Below, piece after piece: positions 1-10,100 of a DNA stretch of 44,438 bases. The notes beneath the pieces are model-generated. The model searched no databases. It was given only the letters and a program-made list of their open reading frames with translations, and had not been told where the DNA came from. Within the stretch, counting starts at the first letter, position 1. Each line of letters begins with the position of its first letter. The DNA comes from a virus (taxonomy: Duplodnaviria > Caudoviricetes), in the IMG/VR virus record IMGVR_UViG_3300038675_000512, positions 1 through 44,438 of that record; one strand, 5' to 3'. A program made the translations under genes and the position numbers.

Positions 1-2
1 TG

Positions 3-3000
3 AAGTATAAAGCTGGTGAGGCATATCCATTTGGTGTTTCATTCATCATTGGTGGAAAGCAACAAACAGATGTTTATCCTATTTGTGGATATGATAGTAA
101 TCAATATTCGGCAGAGCAGGTGTTGTGGGAGATACATAATGATCAACACACTATAAAGAATCTCATTAGTGATGGCGCTTCCAATCTTGCTGAATTACAC
201 ATCCTCTATATAGATGAAAATACAAACGAGCCGGACATGGTCGTCTATGAGGGTGATCTTCTCGCTTCATGCACTGATGTTGTAAGTGGTAAGATTACTA
301 TACCAATAGGTTCAAGCCGAGTAGAAATAGATGGTTATTGGAGAGAAGATCGTGGATTACAATTTCGTGACCACTGGCCATATGTGATATTTACAGACGC
401 AAGCAATAAGGTTGTCGGTCAGTATACGACTCGAAATGGTACTAATATGCTTTCAGTTGACATACCTGATGGAGCCATGTATCTGTTGGTTAACACACTA
501 TCAATGTCTATATCATATAGGTTTTATGATGTTTTGCCGACAATTTCAGCATTGGATTATTATGGCGCGAATAAAGGTGTTTATAGGTTCCCATTCGCAA
601 AGAAGGGTGATTCACCGTCATGGAGAAGGCGTTTATTCCTGGAAATGATTGGAGTAACATTTGACACTACGGAAGCACAAGCATACCTCAATCGATTTAG
701 TGGTTTAAATATAACCGGTATTGTTTTTATGCAGGGTGAGAGGATAATCAATTTTATTAGCCAGGGTGTAACACTGAATATGATTGACCGTGTAGCTTCT
801 GTTCCATCCAAATTTGGTACCTATACTGTAAATAATGGTGGTGATGAGACTAAGATGTTTGCCCATGAGATAATTGCTTTAGGTGATGGTGAATCTATGA
901 CGATGTTCCCACATTTAAGTCCTTATTCATTCAGCACAAACACAATTGATGAGGGTGATGATTCCAAAAAGAACATCTTTACATTTCCTGTTAATCTTAT
1001 ACGATGGATGGAACGGGATGGTCGTGTTCATCCATTTACTGACCATAGACAAATCACATATGTTGCCCCTTATTTTAATAAAGTTGATTTTGCCAATGAT
1101 GGTCTTAATCATAGTATTGGTGCTGTGGGTACTGCTATTCATCATACAACGCATAAAGAAAGAGTCTATTTTTCAAGCTGTTTTACATATGCGGGCGATC
1201 CTCTTACGGATTCAGCCACCTTGCTTGCAAACAATGCAATGGAGTGTACAAGATTTGCTTTCATATCACCCGATGAGATAAACAGCACAGATGTTATATT
1301 TTCCGGATATGTACGCTCACTTGGATACATAGCCCAGGAGGATTATTCTTATTCAACAAACGATAAAGTAGTACATAAATCATTTGAAGATGTTTATAGC
1401 TCGAAGAAATATCTTTATGCAGTAGGTAACACAACAATGAAAGCAAGTGATACTTATTTTGCTGATGATGCTATCAAGACATCGCTTGTTGAAATGTATC
1501 GAGTAGAACGTGATCGATTATTCCCGGATAGTAATGGGTGTATCAGTCGCATGAAAGGTATGTGTGAGATATTCGGTGATTATCCACAGACAAATTATAA
1601 CACTGATTATATAAACAGTACAATAAATGGGCGTAGTCGCTTGTCCCTCACCAATGCTGGATTGATGCTTAACAGGCTCATGTTTACCAATGATCAGGAT
1701 GATGGTGCAATGCTTGCGCCAAGGGTTATTGATGCAAGTTTTACTTCTATATTGTATGATAAATGGAATCCATATGGAGGTGCAGCGCACACGCCACTGC
1801 CTGTTATCATGACAAACCTTTCTATGTCGTCAGCACCATATTTCTATTTCCAATGTAATGATGCCATTATTGATGAACCATTAACAGGTCTTACTTATGC
1901 TCATACTATTAATGAGAAGTATGTTTATGATCCTGATGCCAGTGATATTTATAATACCTTGAAAGGTCTTTTTGAACCTATTGGTTCGACATATCATCCT
2001 ATTGGGAGTGTTAAGTGTCTCCAATCAATAATAAATCCTGTCGGCGATTACTACCGTGGTGATATTTTTGCACAGAGAGTGTCATTACGGCTCAATCGCA
2101 TTACTCATATACCCCAAGAAGGTAATGATTATAAGGATAACTACCTTTTAGGGCAGATGATGGATATGTACCTTGAGTGTACTATCAATCATAATCTTCG
2201 TTGCCCTGGTGATGAGGATTCATTCTGGCCATATGCTTCTCGCATGGGGTTCAGTAGAGAGCAATTTGCTTTTGATTCACGGTCATCAAAAATTGAAGAA
2301 GAGACGACGCTGTACAATGAAGGTTATCAGCAATTATGGGGTACATCAGTACGTTTTGGTATAGATACAAATCTCATGTCACCGGTAACCGGTAAACCAA
2401 ATGCTGTTTACTGGTCAAATATATACCATTCCGGGTCATACGAAGATGCCTTTTGTAACATACCTGTTGGACAATTTATCAATGTTGGCTTGGAGTCCGG
2501 CCCTATCCGTAAGCTTGTAAGTCATTCAACAAGTTTATTCACTGTTCATGATAATGGCATCCATCAGTTGTACCAGGATGGCAATCTAAAAGTTGGTCAA
2601 GATGGTGAGTCTATAATTATAGGTGATACGGGCGTATTGCGTAACAAGACGCGCCTTCTAGCTCAATATGGTACACAACATCCATCGAGCATCGTTAAGG
2701 GCGGAAAAGGCTTCTATGGCGTTGACTGGAAACGCAAAAAGATATGGTCAACATCTCTTGTTGTCAGCGATAATGGTACATACTTTTACAATACTGATGA
2801 TTTGTTAGAGAGTAAATCGCTTCATCAAGCTTTTGCTGACATGGGGATAGCAAATGTATCATCGCTTATTGACTCTATTTTTGATGATAGTGATATGTTC
2901 TCTGGCATTACTAGTGGATATGACGCTAATAGAGGACTCGTGTACTTCAACTTTATGGTTCCAACACATGGTATACATACGCTTGTGTATGATGAGCGCA

Positions 3001-3608
3001 GGCAAGTATTCATGGGCTTTTATGATTATACGCCAAACATCTTTATGATGTTCAATGGACGCCTATTCATGTATCGTAAGTATATTAATATGCAGCATGG
3101 CAAAGGTCTTAATCGCTATGTTCAAGAACCGGAAACTGGAGCGAACTATAACTTATATGCTAATGGAGACCAAGCACCTTTCGTATTAACCTTTTACGTC
3201 AATGGTTCAAGCAAAGGGCTGAGCAACATTGAGAAGGATTTTATTCTTCATAGACTGTTTGCTTCTGACAATATCCTTAAACATAACCCGGATACAGACT
3301 TTTTTAGGAAAGTTGAATGGGAGACTGAATACCAAGGTTCGTCACTGGATCTTAGTGGTATAGAAACGGACACTAATGATGTAGCAAAATTCTGGAAAAC
3401 TCCTATCTTTGAAGAGCATCAATGGAAGATACCAATAGATGTACAGAGTTCTACTAATGATGGTCCCAATGGAACAGGCGCTTTCACTGCTTTTGAACCT
3501 GGTGCAACAATGAGAGGTTCATGGCTTAAGGTGACAATAAAATATTCCGGTACTGATCGGATATATATAAACAACTGTATCACAGATTTTCTAATCTCTT
3601 ATACTTAA
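3..3608 (+). CDS. Tail stabilization / muzzle-type protein (P22 gp10-like, crAss-like), 5'-truncated by the window edge
   Basis: The frame of ORF 120..3608 is open back to position 3 (KYKAGEAYPFGVSF, resembling the 'Y..GE.Y.FG..F' motif of crAss-like tail stabilization proteins). It has beta-rich segments (YGTQHPSSI, GFYGVDWKRKKIW, SGYD..RGLVYF, TLVYDE) and a C-terminal MRGSWLKVTIKY. It lies directly upstream of the cargo/RNAP genes. Confidence 0.7.
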   Translation, partial: KYKAGEAYPFGVSFIIGGKQQTDVYPICGYDSNQYSAEQVLWEIHNDQHTIKNLISDGASNLAELHILYIDENTNEPDMVVYEGDLLASCTDVVSGKITIPIGSSRVEIDGYWREDRGLQFRDHWPYVIFTDASNKVVGQYTTRNGTNMLSVDIPDGAMYLLVNTLSMSISYRFYDVLPTISALDYYGANKGVYRFPFAKKGDSPSWRRRLFLEMIGVTFDTTEAQAYLNRFSGLNITGIVFMQGERIINFISQGVTLNMIDRVASVPSKFGTYTVNNGGDETKMFAHEIIALGDGESMTMFPHLSPYSFSTNTIDEGDDSKKNIFTFPVNLIRWMERDGRVHPFTDHRQITYVAPYFNKVDFANDGLNHSIGAVGTAIHHTTHKERVYFSSCFTYAGDPLTDSATLLANNAMECTRFAFISPDEINSTDVIFSGYVRSLGYIAQEDYSYSTNDKVVHKSFEDVYSSKKYLYAVGNTTMKASDTYFADDAIKTSLVEMYRVERDRLFPDSNGCISRMKGMCEIFGDYPQTNYNTDYINSTINGRSRLSLTNAGLMLNRLMFTNDQDDGAMLAPRVIDASFTSILYDKWNPYGGAAHTPLPVIMTNLSMSSAPYFYFQCNDAIIDEPLTGLTYAHTINEKYVYDPDASDIYNTLKGLFEPIGSTYHPIGSVKCLQSIINPVGDYYRGDIFAQRVSLRLNRITHIPQEGNDYKDNYLLGQMMDMYLECTINHNLRCPGDEDSFWPYASRMGFSREQFAFDSRSSKIEEETTLYNEGYQQLWGTSVRFGIDTNLMSPVTGKPNAVYWSNIYHSGSYEDAFCNIPVGQFINVGLESGPIRKLVSHSTSLFTVHDNGIHQLYQDGNLKVGQDGESIIIGDTGVLRNKTRLLAQYGTQHPSSIVKGGKGFYGVDWKRKKIWSTSLVVSDNGTYFYNTDDLLESKSLHQAFADMGIANVSSLIDSIFDDSDMFSGITSGYDANRGLVYFNFMVPTHGIHTLVYDERRQVFMGFYDYTPNIFMMFNGRLFMYRKYINMQHGKGLNRYVQEPETGANYNLYANGDQAPFVLTFYVNGSSKGLSNIEKDFILHRLFASDNILKHNPDTDFFRKVEWETEYQGSSLDLSGIETDTNDVAKFWKTPIFEEHQWKIPIDVQSSTNDGPNGTGAFTAFEPGATMRGSWLKVTIKYSGTDRIYINNCITDFLISYT

Positions 3609-3613
3609 ATCGT

Positions 3614-3904
3614 ATGGCAATATATAACCCTCCCAAAGAAAATAATTGGGGTTCTATTCTTACTACTGCTGGCGTATCGCTGGCTGGTGTTGGTGGTGGA
3701 CTTGCAGCAACAGGTGTTGGCGTTATTCCAGGCGCTATCGCTGCTGGTGTTGGCGGCATTGCTGCAGGCGTTGGAACCATCATGAATGTCAATAGTCAGA
3801 AAAAACAACAGGATTACGATAGGAGATACCAGGCACGATTGAATGGTGATAACAACCTTCAAGCAAGTATTAACAATATCCGGTCACTGACTGGCTTAAA
3901 GTAA
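3614..3904 (+). CDS. Small Gly/Ala-rich hydrophobic protein, putative ejection/cargo protein
   Basis: 96 aa with a glycine-zipper hydrophobic stretch (GVSLAGVGGGLAATGVGVIPGAIAAGVGGIAAGVG). Tightly packed between the tail gene and the cargo genes. Confidence 0.6.
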   Translation: MAIYNPPKENNWGSILTTAGVSLAGVGGGLAATGVGVIPGAIAAGVGGIAAGVGTIMNVNSQKKQQDYDRRYQARLNGDNNLQASINNIRSLTGLK

Positions 3905-3910
3905 ACAACT

Positions 3911-4897
3911 ATGACTCCATTTATAACAAGAATATTGGCTGTCAATCCTATTCAACAAAGAGGGCAATCTATTGGAGAAATAGACGATGGTATCTTCTAT
4001 AAAAGTAATTCCATGTATCCTGATGATGGTAGCTCGGTTGATATGGAAATAGCGTCAAAGAATGGGAAAGAACTTATTCTTAATGACGTTCCCTCGCCTA
4101 TTATAAAAAGTAATCTGACACCCGAAAAGAAAACTGTTACCAAACCTGTTTCTTCGATGGATATTGCTACTAATGTAACAAGGCGAGCAATATCTAATGG
4201 TGCTCTTGATAAAAAAGTACAAACAACTACATCTTCTATGAAAAAGCCACTATCTAGTATTGAGCAATCGACCAAGGCTGCAAATATTATCAATCTTGTT
4301 AATGCTGGTGTTGGACTGGCCACTGGCATTTATGGCATGAACCAGGTTAATAAGATGAAAGCACCAATGCCACTTACAGCACCTACTATTACAGCATCAA
4401 AGGTCCGTGACCGTGGTGCTCAGCTTGCTGCCGCATCGAGTGGGAATATAAACTCACAAATGTCGGCAGTAAGGAATAGTCTTTATCGTTCTGGAAGGCA
4501 GGAATTATTACCATCCACTATTGCTCCTGGTGTAAATGCAACGAATCAGGCATCAGCATCCATAGAGCAATTGAGAACGGATATTGATAAGATTAATACT
4601 GCTGCTGAGAACCGTGTTAATGAGGTCAATGCTGCCAATAAGTACCAGATAGGGGCATTCAATCAACAGGTAGGTCTATCTTTCCAGCAGATGAAGAGTA
4701 ACCTTTCCAACCAGGTTCTTTCGAGTGCTGGACAGAATATCAGCGCTAATCTTAATGGTATCGTACAGAACAAATTTGGTTTAGCCATGTATCAGCAAGG
4801 AACATTACAAAGACAAAGGGAGATGTATCAGCAGATGTTATTGTCTAGTGATCCTGAGATTAGGATGTATGCTAAAGGTGAACTTAATAAATTATAA
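3911..4897 (+). CDS. Putative internal virion (cargo/ejection) protein
   Basis: 328 aa with a hydrophobic segment (IINLVNAGVGLATGIYGM) followed by an Ala/Asn/Gln-rich helical region. Its position before the virion RNAP matches crAss-like cargo genes. Confidence 0.55.
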   Translation: MTPFITRILAVNPIQQRGQSIGEIDDGIFYKSNSMYPDDGSSVDMEIASKNGKELILNDVPSPIIKSNLTPEKKTVTKPVSSMDIATNVTRRAISNGALDKKVQTTTSSMKKPLSSIEQSTKAANIINLVNAGVGLATGIYGMNQVNKMKAPMPLTAPTITASKVRDRGAQLAAASSGNINSQMSAVRNSLYRSGRQELLPSTIAPGVNATNQASASIEQLRTDIDKINTAAENRVNEVNAANKYQIGAFNQQVGLSFQQMKSNLSNQVLSSAGQNISANLNGIVQNKFGLAMYQQGTLQRQREMYQQMLLSSDPEIRMYAKGELNKL

Positions 4898-4901
4898 GCA
4901 A

Positions 4902-7127
4902 ATGGCACTGTATAAAGCACCTAAAATATTTACCGGTCAATTATCACCGGTAATACTTCCTTTCGGACAACCAACAGGTGGTGGTTCCTTATCGTCTATG
5001 GGTTATCATGCATCCAAGCAGAGAGATCCGGCATCTGAATTTATGAGTGATAATTCAAAGTTTAGTGATAAGCTTGAAGGGCTTGTTGGTGCTAATGAAG
5101 CACTTAATAGTCTATATCAAAGTATTGATCAACAGCAGGCGATGTTACGTTCAGACGTTAATAAGATAATATTCTCTGATACTGCAACAGAGGATGAAAG
5201 ACAGAAGGCAATCTCCGATTATTATATGGGTATGAATCAGCTTGCTGCTAAACGTTCTGAACTGTATATCTATGCTGAGTCGGCGAAAGATGATAAGAAG
5301 TATTATGAGGATGATCTCAAGTATGCTACCGATAATGGAAAGCTTGATGCGCCATTACTAAACTTTGATTATGGCTCTATTGCTGCTGGTACAAACAATG
5401 CCAATATTGCGGCCAATGGTCTTTTTGATAATGCTTCAGTGCCATTAGTCTACAATGATAATGATGGTCGAGTCATGAGTGTAGGCAAGTTTATGGACTT
5501 TAGGCGTAAACTTACGGCAACCGATAATAATGGCCGTCCTATTACTTATGAGCCTATTTTACGTTCACAGTCTGATGTGGAGTATACTGAAACACTGAAA
5601 AAATTCCTTGATGGCAAAAATATCACCACTGAGACCTTCTATGATGCTAATGGTCATGCTAAAAGCGTTAATCAACTAAGTAGTGAGTTTAATGGTGCAG
5701 GGTTTACTAAAAGGACTGTTACTACCAATCAGAAAAATATCCAGGAACAGGTTAATAATATGTTTGAGATGCTTCCTGCAGAAGCCCTTAACCGTGCTGC
5801 TGAACGCCTTATTGCTTCAAATATATCTATTCCGGAAGGTGACTTGGTAGTGAAAGAGAAGGTTGGCGATAAGGATAAAAAGTTTGAATTCAGTGGTAGT
5901 GTATCTGAGCTTACTCATGCGATAACATATGCAAAACAAAAGAGCCAGGACCCCAATCTTAGTGATGACGAGCGTATGTTCCAACGTAAGGTTGGTGTTG
6001 CGCTAGCTAATAAGTTCAATAATCTTGTCAAGGCACAGGTTGTGATGGATGCTAGGACAGCGGCTACCGGTCAGATTACCTTTACACCCTCAACAACTGT
6101 TTATCGCAATACAGAGTCTTATAATAGGCTTCTACAGTCTGAGTCGTTGGCAACTATGGTTAATCCAAAGGTGTTGAGAATGCGTACAGAGGTTGCCAAT
6201 AAAAGACCAGGAGCAAATGCACGTCAAACATTTTACTGGGGTCCTAAACAGATTAAAGAAGAATTACTTGTTCATGCAGGGAATTTTGATAGTCATACTT
6301 ATCCTACGCAGATTATAGAGAACATGGTTGGTCCTCTAAAAAATAATAAGAACGAACCTATTTTTCACAAGCTTGATGAACTTGGTGTTCCATTTCTAGC
6401 GTTTGGTGGTCGAGGATATTCACCTAATAATATACCAATAGGTCTTGGTGATGCCGTCTTTGAAGGTGTCACAACTGAATACATGGTTGCACGTAAGTTG
6501 GAGATAGACGGCAATAGAGCTAGCATGTCTGATAATACTGATGCATCATACATAACAGCTATATACAGTATTGACAAAAATGACGCAAGAGGTATAATGC
6601 TTAATTCAGCTACAGTAAACTCAGGTATGGTGAAAGGTCAATGGAAAGATAATGTGGTTGCCCTTAATGGAAAACCATACTCCCTTAAGAAGATGATTGA
6701 GGTTGGTAATGATCCACGAAGTAGAAGCGAGGCTGGGATAGAAGAAAAAGATGGTCGGATCTATTTTGAGGTTAAGATACCTGTCTATCCAGAAGCTATC
6801 ATGGATAAAGAAACCAAAGCATCATTTTATAACACTCAAAAGGCACAAGAGATAATAAATGGCTTTATAGCCCAATCAGTTTCTTATGATCCGGATGCTG
6901 AATCATCGGAAGAATTGCAAACATATATCACGCCTAATTCAATTAAGGATATTGGAAAGGATACCAGACTTAAATTTGGATTTAGTATGGATAATGCTCC
7001 AAATTCAATAAGACGTCTCCAGGAAATAAGACGAAATATGTCTTTAGATCCTACTGCTAGCGATTCTATGCGTATTGTTGGAACAGACAAATACCTCACC
7101 GATGAAGAATTGAATGCTGAATATTGA
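4902..7127 (+). CDS. Putative internal virion protein (ejectosome component)
   Basis: Long ORF, likely starting at ATG 4902 just after the previous stop. Helical N-terminal half. Lies immediately upstream of the RNAP polyprotein. Confidence 0.5.
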   Translation: MALYKAPKIFTGQLSPVILPFGQPTGGGSLSSMGYHASKQRDPASEFMSDNSKFSDKLEGLVGANEALNSLYQSIDQQQAMLRSDVNKIIFSDTATEDERQKAISDYYMGMNQLAAKRSELYIYAESAKDDKKYYEDDLKYATDNGKLDAPLLNFDYGSIAAGTNNANIAANGLFDNASVPLVYNDNDGRVMSVGKFMDFRRKLTATDNNGRPITYEPILRSQSDVEYTETLKKFLDGKNITTETFYDANGHAKSVNQLSSEFNGAGFTKRTVTTNQKNIQEQVNNMFEMLPAEALNRAAERLIASNISIPEGDLVVKEKVGDKDKKFEFSGSVSELTHAITYAKQKSQDPNLSDDERMFQRKVGVALANKFNNLVKAQVVMDARTAATGQITFTPSTTVYRNTESYNRLLQSESLATMVNPKVLRMRTEVANKRPGANARQTFYWGPKQIKEELLVHAGNFDSHTYPTQIIENMVGPLKNNKNEPIFHKLDELGVPFLAFGGRGYSPNNIPIGLGDAVFEGVTTEYMVARKLEIDGNRASMSDNTDASYITAIYSIDKNDARGIMLNSATVNSGMVKGQWKDNVVALNGKPYSLKKMIEVGNDPRSRSEAGIEEKDGRIYFEVKIPVYPEAIMDKETKASFYNTQKAQEIINGFIAQSVSYDPDAESSEELQTYITPNSIKDIGKDTRLKFGFSMDNAPNSIRRLQEIRRNMSLDPTASDSMRIVGTDKYLTDEELNAEY

Positions 7128-7159
7128 TTTTTACCACTAACAATAAAACACATACAGCG

Positions 7160-10100
7160 ATGTCTCAACCCAAAGCTATCGACCTTTTAGGCTATGCCTT
7201 AGAAAACAATTATTCCATAGATAAAGCCCTCAACGTCCTCGACGTAGGAGATCAAATTATCCTTCAAGATAAAGAGGCGTATTCTAATTATGTAGAGAAT
7301 CCTGAGAATCCAAACTCATTGAATGCAAAAGAGTTTGATATAGCATATGCAAAAGCCAAAGCCTTAAAGAACGTATATGATAAGGGTTTTGAATATAGGA
7401 TGACAGATCCCTCATGGATTTATACTGAGAAAGCCTTAAACATTTATACGCCCGGTAGGATCGCAGAAGGCAGTCATGTCTCACACACACCACTAACGTT
7501 CTCTTCTATCAATAATGGTCCTGGAAGGGTCATGAGCGATAATCAGTATGCTTACAGTCTTAGTGAGTATGCCGTTCCCGATCCAAAGCTTGTAGATGGT
7601 TATCGTTATGAGAAGAAGAAGCCTGGATGGGAATTTGAAGGCAAATATGTTTTCCATCCCGATCCACGCAATGGTGGCGAATCAAGTATTCTCGTTCAAC
7701 TTGATAGGGGTGATGATTCTTTTGGTTATGAACAGTTGAGTACCTTCTTTGGTATGCCTTCTGATTACAGTACAAATGTTATCATTAACTCATTCAAGAA
7801 CATTATTGATGCTGGCGCTCGTTTTGGTAAGTCAGCAGCTAATGTTGTTGCCGGTCTAAGCAATATTGCTACCGATGACATGGCTATCTTCAATGAAGAT
7901 GAAGATTACACTAAGTATATTCAGAAACTCATGATGTATATTAGTGGTAATAAGATGCATGAGAAACGGCTTAAGGATGCTTTAGAAAAGAATGATAAAG
8001 CTGAGCTACTGGATCTGTTCAACTATTTGGAGCATACGATGGATATTGGTCGCAGGAATCAGTTGAAAGAGATGCGCCATCCTGAACGTTGGGTTCAGCG
8101 TAATCGTGCCATGAATAACATTATTGGTTATTTCGAGGGCCTTGAACATAACAAATCCGAGTTCTATAAGAATACTAGTGCTCTTGAAGATTGGCGTTCA
8201 TTGATATATAATACTAGCCAGGTAGTTGGTGACCTTGCTATACAGCTTGGTGCTGGTGTTATTACCGGTGGTAGCATGGCTGCATTTACAGGTATTGGTA
8301 CTATACAGGCTGTTGGTAGTTTTTACGAATCTATGCGTGATGCTGGCTTTGATGATAGGACTATTGGTGTTGCTATGGCGGCTGCTTTGCCTATGGTAGC
8401 TGCTTCTGAGTATGTTGTTGGTAAGATGTGGGCTTTTAAGAGTCTTGATAACCAGTTTGCCGGTGAATTAAAGCGTGAGATCAAACAAACAGTCAATCAG
8501 ACGCTGAAAGATTATGGTGGTAAGGTCACTACTGAAGGTGCTGTCAAGCTCGGAAAAGATATGGGTAAGAAGTTCCTTAGTAGTAAAGCATTTAAGAATG
8601 CAACCACTAAACCAGCTGTTGCTAAGCTTGTTGACGTTGGTAAGGCTGTTGGTTTAGAAGTTCCTCAAGAAACCTTTGAAGATATGGGTTATAACTTCAT
8701 CAACTGGGTTGTTGAGAAGATGAAGCCTGAGTATTATGGTGAGGACATAACTACCGGTATTACGGAGGTTTATGGGAAACAGGGCATCATCAATCCAGAG
8801 CAGATGTTGGAAACAGCTGTTCTAACTGCATTGGCTACTGGCTTTAATGATGGTATCCGTAAGATAAATGATCCATATTACAAAAGAGAAAATCTTGAAA
8901 AGGTCCGTGATATTCAACGTAGTGGATGGGTAGCCGATCAATTCATTGATGGCAATATTGGTGTCTTTACGAAGATGGCCGCAGAGGAATCCAAGAAAGA
9001 GAATGGTGCTTTTGGTCCAAAGAATATGAAGCTCTCCGAGATGGGTATTGAGCCTATCGTTGTCAGCGCTGAAGAGGCTGTAAGGTATAAGGATTATTCT
9101 ATTGGTACTGCACAGCCTGACGGCTCACTGTTGATTGACAATGTTGCTGACATGAACATTAAAGATTTTGTCGATGAGGTAGAGACTATAGGTCTTGTCA
9201 TGCAGCGTCATAAGCTAGATAATGCCCGTGATTTGAATAATATAATGCTTCGGCAGATATATGACGCCAATGGGAAACTTATGGCTTCTAATGCGCTTAA
9301 AAACGCTGTGGCATATGACAAAGCGCAGGAGGCGTATGAGGCAAAGAAAGCCTCTATGTCTGTTGAAGGTTATGAGCTTAATGATGCTGACAAAAAAGAA
9401 TTGGATACTCTTGAATCGAATGTCAAGAGGACTAAGGCTGCTTTAGATTATTATATCAAACATGAGGCAGGCACGTCTTATTCAGAGGCTATCAATGATA
9501 GCATGAAGTCAATGCTTACATCCTATGACCAGGCTGTTGCTCTTGCTAGGAGAGATCTTGGTGCTGATTTTGATAAGGATGTAAAGAAAGGTGATCTTAA
9601 AAGGGTAAAGGCTGTTGTAGATCATTATAATAAGCTATTACAGACCTCAGAGCATTATTTGCATCTGAAGAAAACATACGATCTTATGAATAGCTTTAGG
9701 GACAATATTGAGCAGCAACGTGCCGCAAAGCTTGAAGAACTTAATGGCTATTATAGTGGTGAGAAGCCTTATGATGGTTCAAAAACTATCGAGGCATATG
9801 AAAAAGCATCAGAAGTATTGGAAAGATATCTTGCTAACCAGAAGATTAATGGACAAGAAGCATCCTCTATTCTTGAAGAGTTAAATCTTGAAGATGTAAT
9901 GTCTGTACAGCAAGATATAGCAAGAATCAATCCTACTGAGATGAATCCTGTCATCGAGCGTTTTTCCGGCTTGTTTGATAGAGCAAAAGCAAACCTGTCT
10001 AATCTTGTTGCCATTAATGAAGCAAACACAGCTTTCTATAAATCACTTGAAGAAGGACAGGGTAATAATCCATTCATAGCCAATATCATCCAAGCGATCA

